A DNA stretch of 63,691 bases, filler included, from Octopus bimaculoides (taxonomy: Eukaryota), in the NCBI RefSeq assembly GCF_001194135.2. It is 5 parts of 5 records of this genome, joined end to end, with 100 filler letters (N's around TTAATTAATTAA, not from the genome) between each part and the next. Parts side by side here need not be neighbours in the genome. Positions count along the whole stretch, not along the records: positions 22,635 to 29,012 come from NC_069004.1; positions 29,113 to 40,380 come from NC_068983.1; 3 more parts are not named here. The stretch is one strand, 5' to 3'. How positions within the stretch are numbered: position 1 is the first letter of the stretch; every line of letters begins with the position of its first letter. The position numbers and the translations under genes are program-made. The notes under the pieces were generated by a model. It did no database searches. It saw nothing but the letters and a program-made list of their open reading frames with translations, and was not told the DNA's origin. Positions 24,922 to 37,941 of the stretch are shown in pieces.

Positions 24922-25225
24922 TTGTATCAATGAGTGTGTGTTTGTATGTGTCTTCTCCCCATAACNNNNNNNNNNNNNNNNNNNNNNNNNNNNNNNNNTA
25001 TATATATATATGCTTGTATCAATGAGTGTGTGTTTGTATGTGTCTTCTCCCCATAACAACTTAATAACTGGTGTTGTTTTGTTTACGTCCCTGTAACTTA
25101 GCGGATCGGTGAAAGTACCCGATGTAATAAGTACAGGTGTCGATTTGTTTGGTTAGAACCCTTGAAGGACGTGCTCCAGCATGGCCGCAGTCCAATGACA
25201 GAAACAAGTAGAAGATAGAAGATGA
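24371..25225 (+). mobile_element. Old family-A SINE (head 24371-24515, tail 25020-25225) interrupted by a younger antisense copy
   Basis: Head and tail motifs flank the microsatellite that contains the nested copy. Confidence 0.75.
24645..24860 (-). mobile_element. Young family-A SINE 3' half
   Basis: ctcttttactcttttacttgtctcagtcatgtgactgcggccatgctggagcaccgcc.. is well preserved. Confidence 0.9.
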
Positions 25226-25633
25226 TAAGAGATACACAAGAGACACCGGACAAATCCATAAAGACGTTCACAACACAAACACAACGTATACAACATATTC
25301 ATTAGAAAGACACGCGGGAAAGAGAAGAACTAGAAGAAGATAAAGCGAGAGTTCGGAATGTCGGAAGGAAACAAGGCGAGAGAAAGAAACGAAAAGAAAA
25401 AAAAAAAGAAAGGAAAAGAAAGGAAAATAAAACAATTGCCAGAAATAATATACAAAGAAAACAAAACAAAAATGAAGCAGGAAAACAAAAAGGAAAGAAG
25501 AAAACAAAATGGCCGACAGGCTGCAGCAGATTAAACATTGATAAAAACATAATATACATGAAACAAAAAAAATTATCTCCCTTTGCTGCCTAAATCAACA
25601 GCAACAACAACCATAACGACAAATGCAAAAATA

Positions 25634-25665
<32 letters not shown>

Positions 25666-26741
25666 NNNNNNNNNNNNNNNNNNNNNNNNNNNNNNNNNNN
25701 NNNNNNNNNNNNNNNNNNNNNNNNNNNNNNNNNNNNNNNNNNNNNNNNNNNNNNNNNNNNNNNNNNNNNNNNNNNNNNNNNNNNNNNNNNNNNNNNNNNN
25801 NNNNNNNNNNNNNNNNNNNNNNNNNNNNNNNNNNNNNNNNNNNNNNNNNNNNNNNNNNNNNNNNNNNNNNNNNNNNNNNNNNNNNNNNNNNNNNNNNNNN
25901 NNNNNNNNNNNNNNNNNNNNNNNNNNNNNNNNNNNNNNNNNNNNNNNNNNNNNNNNNNNNNNNNNNNNNNNNNNNNNNNNNNNNNNNNNNNNNNNNNNNN
26001 NNNNNNNNNNNNNNNNNNNNNNNNNNNNNNNNNNNNNNNNNNNNNNNNNNNNNNNNNNNNNNNNNNNNNNNNNNNNNNNNNNNNNNNNNNNNNNNNNNNN
26101 NNNNNNNNNNNNNNNNNNNNNNNNNNNNNNNNNNNNNNNNNNNNNNNNNNNNNNNNNNNNNNNNNNNNNNNNNNNNNNNNNNNNNNNNNNNNNNNNNNNN
26201 NNNNNNNNNNNNNNNNNNNNNNNNNNNNNNNNNNNNNNNNNNNNNNNNNNNNNNNNNNNNNNNNNNNNNNNNNNNNNNNNNNNNNNNNNNNNNNNNNNNN
26301 NNNNNNNNNNNNNNNNNNNNNNNNNNNNNNNNNNNNNNNNNNNNNNNNNNNNNNNNNNNNNNNNNNNNNNNNNNNNNNNNNNNNNNNNNNNNNNNNNNNN
26401 NNNNNNNNNNNNNNNNNNNNNNNNNNNNNNNNNNNNNNNNNNNNNNNNNNNNNNNNNNNNNNNNNNNNNNNNNNNNNNNNNNNNNNNNNNNNNNNNNNNN
26501 NNNNNNNNNNNNTGTAGTCTTGATGCAGTCTGTTTCAATTACCTTGTAATATTCTTCCATTTTTACGTTTCGTTCTGTTCTCTACACAGATATGAGAACA
26601 AACAGAAAAAACACACGTGCGCACAATCTTGATAATACATACATACATACATACATGCATATATATGTATAGAGAGAGAGAGAGAGGGAGAGAGATATGG
26701 GCAGATAGACAAATAGATAGATAGTTACATGCGTGTGTATG

Positions 26742-26808
<67 letters not shown>

Positions 26809-27239
26809 GCACACGTACATATCCATACATATATACACACACATGTGTACTCATATATACGTATTACATATATGTGCACCAATAAATATACATGTACATA
26901 TAAACATACATATCTACGTATCGACATAGCTATCTATCTATCTATCTATCTATCTGTGTCTGTCTATCTGTCTGTCTGTCTGTATGTATGTATGTCTGTC
27001 TGTTTGTCTGTCTATCCATTCATCCGTCTTTCTATCCGTCTGTTTATCTGTCTGTCTATATTTTATTCCCTCACTGCAAAGTTACATAAGCGATTCAAGA
27101 TTGTATACTGTCATGTCAGGCGTTTTGCTCGGCGGTACGCACGAAACTTCAGGTCGTCAAGACACACAAGTACCTTTAACAAAGACGTTTTTATACCGAT
27201 ATTCATACACACACACTCACACGCATACATATATAATGA

Positions 27240-27400
27240 GACACTTACTCACCACCACAGATATAAGTGCATTTATTGTGACTTACAAGGAATTGCAACT
27301 TCTTGTCTCCTCACATTTCCTGAAGAAGGGATTTTAACCCTAACATGTTGAAATAACAAGTAATTGTATTAGCCACCGACCTGTATTATCAATTTTTTTT
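27240..27400 (+). mobile_element. Penelope-type pLTR remnant with hammerhead-like motif
   Basis: ATTTC-CTGAAGA-A-GGG attttaa CCC-T-AACATGTT-GAAAT at 27315-27354. Confidence 0.55.
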
Positions 27401-27570
27401 ATAACTTTGGCTTTAAAGAAATAATCACATGGTTCCAGGTTTAGTCTCACTGCGTGGCAACTTGGGCAAGTGTCTTCTGCTATAGCCTTGGGTCGACCAA
27501 AGCCTTGTGAGTGAATTTGGTAGACGGAAACTGAAAGAAGCTCGTCGTATACACACACACACACACACAC

Positions 27571-27603
<33 letters not shown>

Positions 27604-27761
27604 TGTATGTATGTATATATTTGTGTGTCTGTGTTTGTCTCCTCATCATCGCTTGACAAGCGATGTTGGCGTGTTTACGTCCCCGTAACTTAGCAGTTCG
27701 GCAAAAGAAACTGAGGGAATAAGTACTAGGCTTACAAAGAACAAGTCCTAGGACCGGTTTG
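27395..27761 (+). mobile_element. Family-A SINE running into a gap
   Basis: cactgcgtggcaacttgggcaagtgtcttctgctatagcc, internal (CA)(TATG)n, tail. Confidence 0.88.
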
Positions 27762-28524
27762 NNNNNNNNNNNNNNNNNNNNNNNNNNNNNNNNNNNNNNN
27801 NNNNNNNNNNNNNNNNNNNNNNNNNNNNNNNNNNNNNNNNNNNNNNNNNNNNNNNNNNNNNNNNNNNNNNNNNNNNNNNNNNNNNNNNNNNNNNNNNNNN
27901 NNNNNNNNNNNNNNNNNNNNNNNNNNNNNNNNNNNNNNNNNNNNNNNNNNNNNNNNNNNNNNNNNNNNNNNNNNNNNNNNNNNNNNNNNNNNNNNNNNNN
28001 NNNNNNNNNNNNNNNNNNNNNNNNNNNNNNNNNNNNNNNNNNNNNNNNNNNNNNNNNNNNNNNNNNNNNNNNNNNNNNNNNNNNNNNNNNNNNNNNNNNN
28101 NNNNNNNNNNNNNNNNNNNNNNNNNNNNNNNNNNNNNNNNNNNNNNNNNNNNNNNNNNNNNNNNNNNNNNNNNNNNNNNNNNNNNNNNNNNNNNNNNNNN
28201 NNNNNNNNNNNNNNNNNNNNNNNNNNNNNNNNNNNNNNNNNNNNNNNNNNNNNNNNNNNNNNNNNNNNNNNNNNNNNNNNNNGTGTATGCTTATATACAA
28301 CATAATATATGCACGTAATATATGTACATTGAGAAAAAAAGATTTACGTTGACTTCTTACAGACGAGCCTCCATACTTCTTATGGCGATCGCCTTTTATT
28401 CATCTTTGAATCTTAAACACTGAAGAATTAGAAATGCCATTTATAGCACAATCAATATCTCTCCTTTCTTGCATTTTGCAATCTCTCCCCTACTACGCAT
28501 GTCTATCTATTCCTGGCATGTCTG

Positions 28525-28562
<38 letters not shown>

Positions 28563-28966
28563 GTACTGCATGTCTCTATCTATCTATCTGTCTGTCTGCC
28601 TGTCTATCTGCAGATATGTGTACATGTAGGTGGGAAGCCATGTATTCGTACATACATATACATACATGCATACATACATACTCACACATATATATATGTA
28701 TGTATGAGGTATGTATATGTGCGTGTACATATTTACACGGAAGCAGATGCACAGAAACCCTTAAATACATGTATATATACATATTCACCTTCGCGTACGC
28801 GCACAAACATATAGAAACAGAGAGAATGAGAGGGAAAGAGAGAGAGGGAGAAGTGAGGTGAGGGAGTGAGAGAGTGTGTGTGGAGAGAGAAAGAGATAGG
28901 CAGATGAAAATGCATATAAATAAATATTTACATATAATTTATATAAACGCATATATATATATATAC

Positions 28967-29012
<46 letters not shown>

Positions 29013-30124
29013 NNNNNNNNNNNNNNNNNNNNNNNNNNNNNNNNNNNNNNNNNNNNTTAATTAATTAANNNNNNNNNNNNNNNNNNNNNNNNNNNNNNNN
29101 NNNNNNNNNNNNTTACAAATCAATATTGAAAAAAACAACTTTTTTTTCTAAAACAGGTTATTTTTTTTTCCTAAAAGTATGAAGTTCATTTGTCACATTA
29201 ATTCTCTCGATACTGAACTAAATATTTATTGATACATACTATTAGGTAATACTAACTTTCACCACAGCAAGGGACGCGAGTGTCAACGATAACGTCGCAG
29301 ATGTATGGCTAAAATGTATGATACATAATGGTATGTATAATGCAATTAAGTAATGAATAAAACAAAAGTGCTATACGTGTGAATGCGAGTGTGTGTGTGT
29401 GTGTGTGTGTGCATGTCTGCGCGCGCGTATGTGTGTGTATTAACTAAAATGGCTCTACTGTGATGCAGTGATACCTACATAAACATATACATGTGCACAT
29501 ACATACACACATACATATGTGAACGTATGTATATGTGTATGTTGAGGGGCGTGCATATATATATATATATATANNNNNNNNNNNNNNNNNNNNNNNNNNN
29601 NNNNNNNNNNNNNNNNNNNNNNNNNNNNNNNNNNNNNNNNNNNNNNNNNNNNNNNNNNNNNNNNNNNNNNNNNNNNNNNNNNNNNNNNNNNNNNNNNNNN
29701 NNNNNNNNNNNNNNNNNNNNNNNNNNNNNNNNNNNNNNNNNNNNNNNNNNNNNNNNNNNNNNNNNNNNNNNNNNNNNNNNNNNNNNNNNNNNNNNNNNNN
29801 NNNNNNNNNNNNNNNNNNNNNNNNNNNNNNNNNNNNNNNNNNNNNNNNNNNNNNNNNNNNNNNNNNNNNNNNNNNNNNNNNNNNNNNNNNNNNNNNNNNN
29901 NNNNNNNNNNNNNNNNNNNNNNNNNNNNNNNNNNNNNNNNNNNNNNNNNNNNNNNNNNNNNNNNNNNNNNNNNNNNNNNNNNNNNNNNNNNNNNNNNNNN
30001 NNNNNNNNNNNNNNNNNNNNNNNNNNNNNNNATATATATATATATATAAATGTATATGTATATATGTATATGTATATCATTGATCGAATATCATCTATCA
30101 CTACATGTGCAAATATCATCTATC

Positions 30125-30494
30125 ACTACAAGCGCAAATGTTTTGAGGTTTGCTAACGTTTACTCGATCGCTACAACAATGAAGGCGAGGAATGTTTGAG
30201 CAGACGAAACGTTGGTCCATTATTATGAGGCAGATTCCAAAAGACAGAGAATAGAGTGGAAACATCCTGTCTCGCCAGCGACGAAGAAATTCAAGACTCA
30301 GTCTTCCGCCGGAAAAGTGATGTCTAACCCTGTTTTGGATTTCAAAAGGGCCTATACTGGAAGACTACCTGGAAGAGGGTTGTACGATCAACAGTGCAAG
30401 ATACAGTGCTTTGCTGGCCAACAAACTGATGTCAGCAATTCACACCAAACGCTGAAGTTTGTTGTCGAAGAAAGTTATGTTGTGGCATGACAAT
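30125..30494 (+). mobile_element. Mariner transposase catalytic-domain fragment
   Basis: [71 protein letters not shown] (first and second catalytic D). Confidence 0.9.
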
Positions 30495-30520
30495 GTGTGC
30501 GTGTGCGCGCGCGTGTGTGC

Positions 30521-30547
30521 AGATAGATATATAGATGATAGATAGAT

Positions 30548-30581
<34 letters not shown>

Positions 30582-30661
30582 GGGTGGACCGATCGATAGA
30601 TAGATAGATAGATAGAAAGATAGAGGGTGGATAGATAAATTGTTAGAAAGATAGAGGGGTG

Positions 30662-30723
<62 letters not shown>
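30521..30723. repeat. (GATA)n compound microsatellite
   Basis: Direct reading. Confidence 0.95.
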
Positions 30724-30724
<1 letters not shown>

Positions 30725-30869
30725 TCACTCAAATGAACTGGTTTCCTAAAACTGATTTGAATCAATTCCCTGCATACTGAACTGTAATTAAATATAAACT
30801 TAGTGTCTTGTTCAGACAGTAGAAAATTAAAGCAACAAAAATATATACATTTATTCACTTATTTACAGC

Positions 30870-30904
<35 letters not shown>

Positions 30905-31123
30905 AAGTAACTGTCGTCATATAAGCCTGAAACGCATTTATTTCATTCAAACCGTTTTTATTTTTTAGATTTTTTTTTTCGCTTCTACGTTCTCTGCGAA
31001 ATTTCTTCAATAATTTTACTTTTTTAGTATGGATTAAAGTTTATTTTAAAATCAAAATCTAACCTTTAAACTTGCAGTCAATTCGATTAGTTATCTTTAA
31101 AAACTGTTGCATCGATTATTGTG

Positions 31124-31168
<45 letters not shown>

Positions 31169-31619
31169 ATTTCTATCATCATCATCGACGCCATTATCAT
31201 AACATTAGGTTCCGAGATCGGAAATTTCATTGGCTTCGTTCTGTAAGAATTTACAGCAGCAACTTATATTCTCTGTAGATGCGTTTGCTCAAATGAATAA
31301 TTACATAAATTGAATTAGACATCTATACTTTTTCCGTGCAAATAACATAAATTCTTAGCTTGTAAAAATAGGATTCCACTTAACATGAATATTTTTCATT
31401 TACTAAGAATTCACCTAAAAGTGCTCTGGTATCTTCATTTTTGCATGTGTACGCGCGTGTATTTCCGTGTGTCTATACTATATACGTTGATATGCAAAAT
31501 ACACATATATGTAAATTTATGTGTGTATACATGCATGCATGTATATAAATATGTTTGTGTATATGTGTATGTATGCATATGCGTAATATATTTACATATC
31601 AATCTATATTAATATACGT

Positions 31620-31624
31620 GTGTG

Positions 31625-31672
<48 letters not shown>

Positions 31673-31985
31673 GATAGATACAGACATATATATACACACA
31701 TATATATACACATACATATATATATACATACATATAGATACATACATATATATATACACATATATATATAAACATATATATATATACACATATATATACA
31801 GACATATATATGCATATATATATAGATATACATACATATATATACACACATATATACACACACATATATATAAACACATATATATATATACATATATATA
31901 CATACATATATATACATATATATATATGCATACATATATATATGCATATATATATACATACATACATATATATGCCTATATATAT
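31620..31985. repeat. Complex (TA)/(CA) cryptic minisatellite
   Basis: Repeated ATATATATACA(CA)CAT-type units. Confidence 0.9.
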
Positions 31986-32132
31986 NNNNNNNNNNNNNNN
32001 NNNNNNNNNNNNNNNNNNNNNNNNNNNNNNNNNNNNNNNNNNNNNNNNNNNNNNNNNNNNNNNNNNNNNNNNNNNNNNNNNNNNNNNNNNNNNNNNNNNN
32101 NNNNNNNNNNNNNNNNNNNNNNNNNNNNNNNN

Positions 32133-32169
<37 letters not shown>

Positions 32170-32249
32170 TATATATATGCTATAAAGTAAGAGCAGGAAA
32201 ATTACATCAAAACATCATCACAGAAGATATACGTCCCAAATAATATTGT

Positions 32250-33720
32250 ATTAATACATAAATATATAAATATATAAAGCATGAAATATCTTACGATCGT
32301 TTCATGAATGTATTGCTCTTCGAAAGGAATTCTAAAATTGATAAACATTATTAGGTAATACATCCACTCGTCAGAGACAAAGGGAGAATTTCCGTGTAAT
32401 CAATCGAATGCTATTTAAAAACATGAAAAAGATGTTGTTTAAAAAAATTACTGGCATAGATGTACATTGGTACAAACTTGAACTAAAAATTTTGAAGAAA
32501 TAATATACAGCCATGGTAAAATACCCTGCAGTAATCTATAATTGCTGTGTGTAGATATAAATCCCATAATTCTACTATCTTCAATATATAATCCATAGGT
32601 GTCGAAAATAGAGGTGGTTAAATTCTTGCTTTTATAGTTATATATACAAAACTAGAAGATATTATATTTTATGCAAATGTAAAAATAGCCGTTTAGTGAC
32701 CCAATATAGAGTAAATTAATGTGTTATATTTAAATTATTATATTTAAAATCAGTTTGTTGTACATTAGAGGAATACAGGTTCAAATTTCAAGAAGACATA
32801 TTTCCGCCACTCATCCAATGGATAATCTATATTATGTGAACATGTGTATACTCAAAATAATTCAAATTTAAGTTTCTTTTTTCTTACTCATAACAATCTT
32901 ACTATTTTATTATGATACCACTATATGAAAAGCAAGATATTAATGTGAATCTTATCTTGATGATCTCTTATAGTGTTTAAAAGTTTTATAAAACCTATGT
33001 CTACATATGGATAATGCTTCCGATTGGCAATTAATTAAATTATTTTGTTTATATAATAATATGTATAGCGATTCTTTTGTACAAAGACAGCAGATAAAAG
33101 ATGTATGTGTGTATGGTGTAGCTGAGTATATAATTGACCAGGATAATTTATAGCTAACGTTTTTTTTTTGTTTGAGTTTATGTACATATGTAGCCAATAA
33201 AGTAGTGTTACTCGTTATAGTCGGTTTAAATGAATGTATACGTGCTACAAATCTTTGCTCAATGTTCATACAGCTCCCTATATATACCATACTGCGTGAG
33301 TTAGCAGTTTTTGTAACAGTGCACTTATATATAACGTTGAACCTTCTACATTTGCTTTCTAAAGGACATGATTTTTCTTTATTTTTTAAATGTGTAATAT
33401 TTAGTTGTATGTTTCTGTTCTGTGGTATAATATTTAATACTGTTATGATTATTTGTTATGGTGTGTGGTGTTATATTTGAATTTGTTGTGGAATCATTTA
33501 TAATAGAATTAGGTAGATTTACTGTTTGTGTATTACTATTGTTATTAGATTGTGGTATTGGATTATCTAAAGTCCTGTCATACCCAATGGTTTGCATATT
33601 TTAGAGTGTATAATTATTGTAATTTTGCTGAGATTTTTTTAATCTTATAGTATTGCTATGTATTCTCATAATGTTATACATTGAACTGGTATTATGTTGA
33701 GTATTATTTGATGTTCTAGG
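32250..33720 (-). mobile_element. Penelope-like element 3' part: Asn/Thr-rich linker, GIY-YIG endonuclease (32952-33290), pLTR
   Basis: VYIGSC..RF..HSF..T.LATYVHKLK..WSII..PY..C.LC.KE..IL..N.QSE..CRH is the typical PLE endonuclease pattern. Confidence 0.88.
32287..32379 (-). ncRNA. Minimal type I hammerhead ribozyme of PLE type
   Basis: UGUCU-CUGACGA-GUGGAUGUAUU[42 nt]AAUACAUUCAU-GAAA-CGAUCG-UA^AGAUA. Stem I 5 bp, stem II 11 bp, palindromic stem III ACGAUCGU. Confidence 0.8.
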
Positions 33721-33778
33721 ACTATTGTATATTTCATTACTAGTATTATCTCTCTCTCTCTCTCTCTCTCTCTTTCCA

Positions 33779-33781
<3 letters not shown>

Positions 33782-33843
<62 letters not shown>
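33782..33843. repeat. (TATC)n microsatellite, preceded by (CT)n
   Basis: Direct reading. Confidence 0.95.
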
Positions 33844-33846
<3 letters not shown>

Positions 33847-34167
33847 GACTTGTTCAACAATAGATTTCAACGCTTCGAAAACAAACTTGTTACATTGATG
33901 ATTGAATTTCAATTAAATATAACATTTAATCACTTGTTTTCTTTATTCAAAATTCGGACAGCACTTATGGGNNNNNNNNNNNNNNNNNNNNNNNNNNNNN
34001 NNNNNNNNNNNNNNNNNNNNNNNNNNNNNNNNNNNNNNNNNNNNNNNNNNNNNNNNNNNNNNNNNNNNNNNNNNNNNNNNNNNNNNNNNNNNNNNNNNNN
34101 NNNNNNNNNNNNNNNNNNNNNNNNNNNNNNNNNNNNNNNNNNNNNNNNNATATATATATATATATAC

Positions 34168-34325
34168 CGGGCTTGTTTCAGTTTCCGTCTTCCAAATCCA
34201 CTCACAAGGCTTCGGTCAGCCCGAGCTTATAGTAGAAGACACTTGTCCAATTTTCCACGCTGTAGGACTGAACCCGGAATCTTGTGGCTGGAAAGCAAGC
34301 TTCTTACCATACAGCCAAGCCTGCA
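34168..34325 (-). mobile_element. Family-A SINE 5' half
   Basis: ccaaatccactcacaaggct..gaagacacttgtcc..ggactgaacccggaa..gcttcttacc. Confidence 0.85.
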
Positions 34326-34384
34326 TATACATTGTGTGTGTGTGTGTGTACGCGCGCGCGCATACATGTAAATACGTGAATGTA

Positions 34385-34830
34385 CGTATTATCATCGTCA
34401 TCGTCATCATCTACATCATCTTTTTCCACGCTTGGTTTTATTGCCTTTATCGTCATTCGTTTCCTTCTTACATCATTTCCCCCAATAAGACCAAAACAAG
34501 CTGAGATCTGACTTCTACTACGCATATTCCTGTATTTTTACGAGTTTATTTTGACTCCGCTATAACTACCTTCCGCTGTCAGCATACCGCACCAAATCAC
34601 CTCCCATTCATCGTACCACATTTACACGTAATCACATGTCAATTTCTCTGCACACATTAGTGTGATGCTCTCAATGCCCAGCTTCTCCATCTCAGTTCAT
34701 TTGTTCTCCGTTTTCAAACAAGATAACGTTTGGCATCCAATCTGTCAAACTCAATTCATATATTTATCTGATTCAATCTCCGTAGCTCTTCGACATTAAA
34801 TATCTAATTCTTATCACGTTTTTCACAAGC
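34385..34830 (-). mobile_element. Degenerate RTE-clade LINE 3' end with (GAT)n tail
   Basis: Minus-strand peptide EKLGIESIT..; terminates in atgatgtagatgatgacgatgacgat. Confidence 0.5.
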
Positions 34831-34841
34831 TTCGAGTAGAC

Positions 34842-35040
34842 CAGTGCTTTTCGCAGAGGGCGGTACTGCCCTCTAGCGACGGTGGAAAGTTTTATATGAG
34901 TACTAAGGCAATATGGGTTGTAAGAGGTGAGATAGATGCTTTATTTAATTGCCCTAATTTTTCAAAACATATTTTCAGTTTTTATTCTATGTGTGAATCA
35001 TCTGGTAGCGTGAAGTTTGAAATGTTTTGGCATTCTGTAT
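34842..35040 (+). mobile_element. Probable hAT MITE remnant
   Basis: Starts CAGTGCTTTTCGCAGAGGGCGGTAC after an 8-mer with central TA (GAGTAGAC); right end unclear. Confidence 0.35.
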
Positions 35041-35398
35041 TACATTCTCTATTATATTGCTGAAATAACATTGTTCTTATAATGGCCACCGACGAGAAAT
35101 GAAGCGTAAACTAACCACGTCGGTTGTTAGCAGTCAGGACACAGAACCCTTCAAAACGCGCATGCTTCCCGAAATATGCTAGTTCTATTCCTGATGTACC
35201 TATGCACCCTTTTCTTGTAAAGGTTCCTTGACTGTTCACTTTTCTGTCTTTTGTTATTTTATTTTGTATTACTGGTATTCATTACTGTCTTTACTTGACT
35301 AATTTTTGTTTTCTATTCCCTCCTTTCTGTAATCCACCTGAGCACTGTATGCAATAACCTCATTACTATTATCATTATAGATGTTGTTGTTGTTATAT

Positions 35399-35620
35399 AA
35401 GGCGGTGAGCTGGCAGAATCGTTAGCACGCCGGGCGAAATGCTTCGCGGTATTTCGTCTGTCTGTACGTTCTGAGTTCAAATTCCGCCGAGGTCGACTTT
35501 GCTTTTCCTCCTTTCGGGATCGATAAATTAAGTACCAGTTGCGGACTAGGGTCAATCTAATCGACTGGCCCCCTCCCCCAAAATTTCGGGCCTTGTGTCC
35601 AGAGTAGAAAAGATTATTAT
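35399..35620 (+). mobile_element. Young family-B tRNA-derived SINE (central gtcgactttgc..tttc.tcctttcggg.tcgataaa domain resembling the MetaSINE/Sauria-type domain)
   Basis: A-box-like CTGGCAGAATCG; B box GAGTTCAAATTCC; near-identical copies at 41691, 47749 and 38545 (minus); ATT tail. The domain name is recalled, not searched. Confidence 0.88.
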
Positions 35621-35747
35621 TAATATTATAGGTATTGTAAAGCGGTGATCTAATCGACTGGCCCATTACTCCTAAATTTCAGACCTTGTGCCTATAGTAG
35701 AAAGGATTATTACAGGCATTGTTGTTGTTGTAGTTGATGTTGTTATA

Positions 35748-35960
35748 TAAAGCGGGGAACTGGCAGAATCGTTACCACGTCGGGCAAGGTATTTTGCGGC
35801 ACTTTGTCTTTACGTTCTCAGTTAAAATTCTACCAATGTCGACTTTGCCTTTTATCCTTTCGGTTCAATAAAATAAATACCCGTGCAGGTGGGGTTGGAA
35901 ACGACTTACCCTACTCTCAAAATTGCAGGTCTGGTGATAAAATTAGAAAGAATTATCATA
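35748..35960 (+). mobile_element. Older family-B SINE
   Basis: Colinear with 35399-35620. Confidence 0.75.
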
Positions 35961-35990
35961 ACCTATCGTCAGCAATTTTTTTGTCAAACG

Positions 35991-36028
<38 letters not shown>

Positions 36029-36092
36029 CGTAACAATGGGGTGAGCTAAAAATGAGTAAAGTTAAAAAGGTCTGAGAAGATTTGACATAGAT

Positions 36093-36343
36093 CAAGGGTT
36101 TCAGTCTGTTTTTCCTATGGACCCCTTTGATTCTTGTTTTACTCGGGTGGACTCTCATATCCATTTACTGTTTAAAAAACCCTATTATGTTTTTAGAATT
36201 AAATATTATTAGAAATTCTATTTAAAAAATCATAAAAAATATTTTCTGTATTGTAGAAATATAACCAATTTATTACAATTAAATTTTTACCAAAATCTTA
36301 TAAAGACCCTCAAGGATCGTATGATACCTTTTTAGAACCACTG
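36093..36343. mobile_element. hAT (Charlie-like) MITE
   Basis: Ends CAAGGGTTTC.. / ..TAGAACCACTG; flanking 8-mers ACATAGAT and GTGTAGAC both have central TA. Confidence 0.6.
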
Positions 36344-36710
36344 GTGTAGACTGTGCTGTCTCATCTGATTGTTCAAGTTGAAGTAGTTTCTCACTTTCTC
36401 ACTGGTTTTTTTCCATCAACACAACTATCATCTTAAAAAAAGAAAACCATTGGATAATGTACTAGAAAAACTACAGTTGAAAAAAAAGGTGACGTGGTCA
36501 TGGTTGGAACACTTCTATTCATAAGCTCTACGCCATTAGGACTAACTTGAAAAATAAGAACAGTGCCAACAACTTCTCTCCAACAGTCAGAAGGTGTGTT
36601 TGCTTCAGTGATATTCCGTACACATTAATGATGCCATGATTCATTTGAAGATCGTCTTGCAATCCGGGGCAATTATTGCCTATTTTCTCTCCGACGTAGA
36701 ACAATAGCGA

Positions 36711-36760
<50 letters not shown>

Positions 36761-36805
36761 GTGTGAGTGCGTATATATATATATATCTATGGCGTATGTG
36801 CGCCT

Positions 36806-36885
<80 letters not shown>

Positions 36886-37111
36886 NNNNNNNNNNNNNNN
36901 NNNNNNNNNNNNNNNNNNNNNNNNNNNNNNNNNNNNNNNNNNNNNNNNNNNNNNNNNNNNNNNNNNNNNNNNNNNNNNNNNNNNNNNNNNNNNNNNNNNN
37001 NNNNNNNNNNNNNNNNNNNNNNNNNNNNNNNNNNNNNNNNNNNNNNNNNNNNNNNNNNNNNNNNNNNNNNNNNNNNNNNNNNNNNNNNNNNNNNNNNNNN
37101 NNNNNNNNNNN

Positions 37112-37149
<38 letters not shown>

Positions 37150-37906
37150 TGTGTCTATGTTTTCATAATGTTCCCTTTTCCTTTAGATGTTCTCTGAAAA
37201 AGAAAAAGAAAAAGAAATGCAGTTTTTTCGGAGTATAACTGAGTTACAATGAGATACAACTGAATTAGAGTAACTGATTGTGATGAAGACAAATGGTAAT
37301 TTATAGAGAAGTTGACAAATAATTTTTGAATCAGTTAACCATAAATATTCTCTTTCTCAATTTGTAATGCTCACATCTGCTGTGTTTATGACTTCCACGA
37401 CAGTAAATCGTTTTAGTTTTCTGTCTCAAACGACTATGTCAAGTCTATATTTTGTTTACACTTTGTGGAATTATCTTATTGGAATGTTCACGCAAACATT
37501 GCATGTAATGGAACGTATGAATGTACTCAATGTCAGAATATTTCAAAATGTTTATCCTAAGATAGTTCTTAAAGACATTTTGGCGAAGGCGTTGATCGCT
37601 TCTGTAATGTTTATCACTGATATTTGAGCTAGGCAACGTTTTCTGTCACACCTTGATTTTAATGTCGCTTTTGTTCAACAAAATTAATAATGATCATAAG
37701 CGCAGGCGCGGCTGTTTGGTAAGAAGCTTGATTCCCAATCNNNNNNNNNNNNNNNNNNNNNNNNNNNNNNNNNNNNNNNNNNNNNNNNNNNNNNNNNNNN
37801 NNNNNNNNNNNNNNNNNNNNNNNNNNNNNNNNNNNNNNNNNNNNNNNNNNNNNNNNNNNNNNNNNNNNNNNNNNNNNNNNNNNNNNNNNNNNNNNNNNNN
37901 NNNNNN

Positions 37907-37940
<34 letters not shown>

Positions 37941-37941
<1 letters not shown>

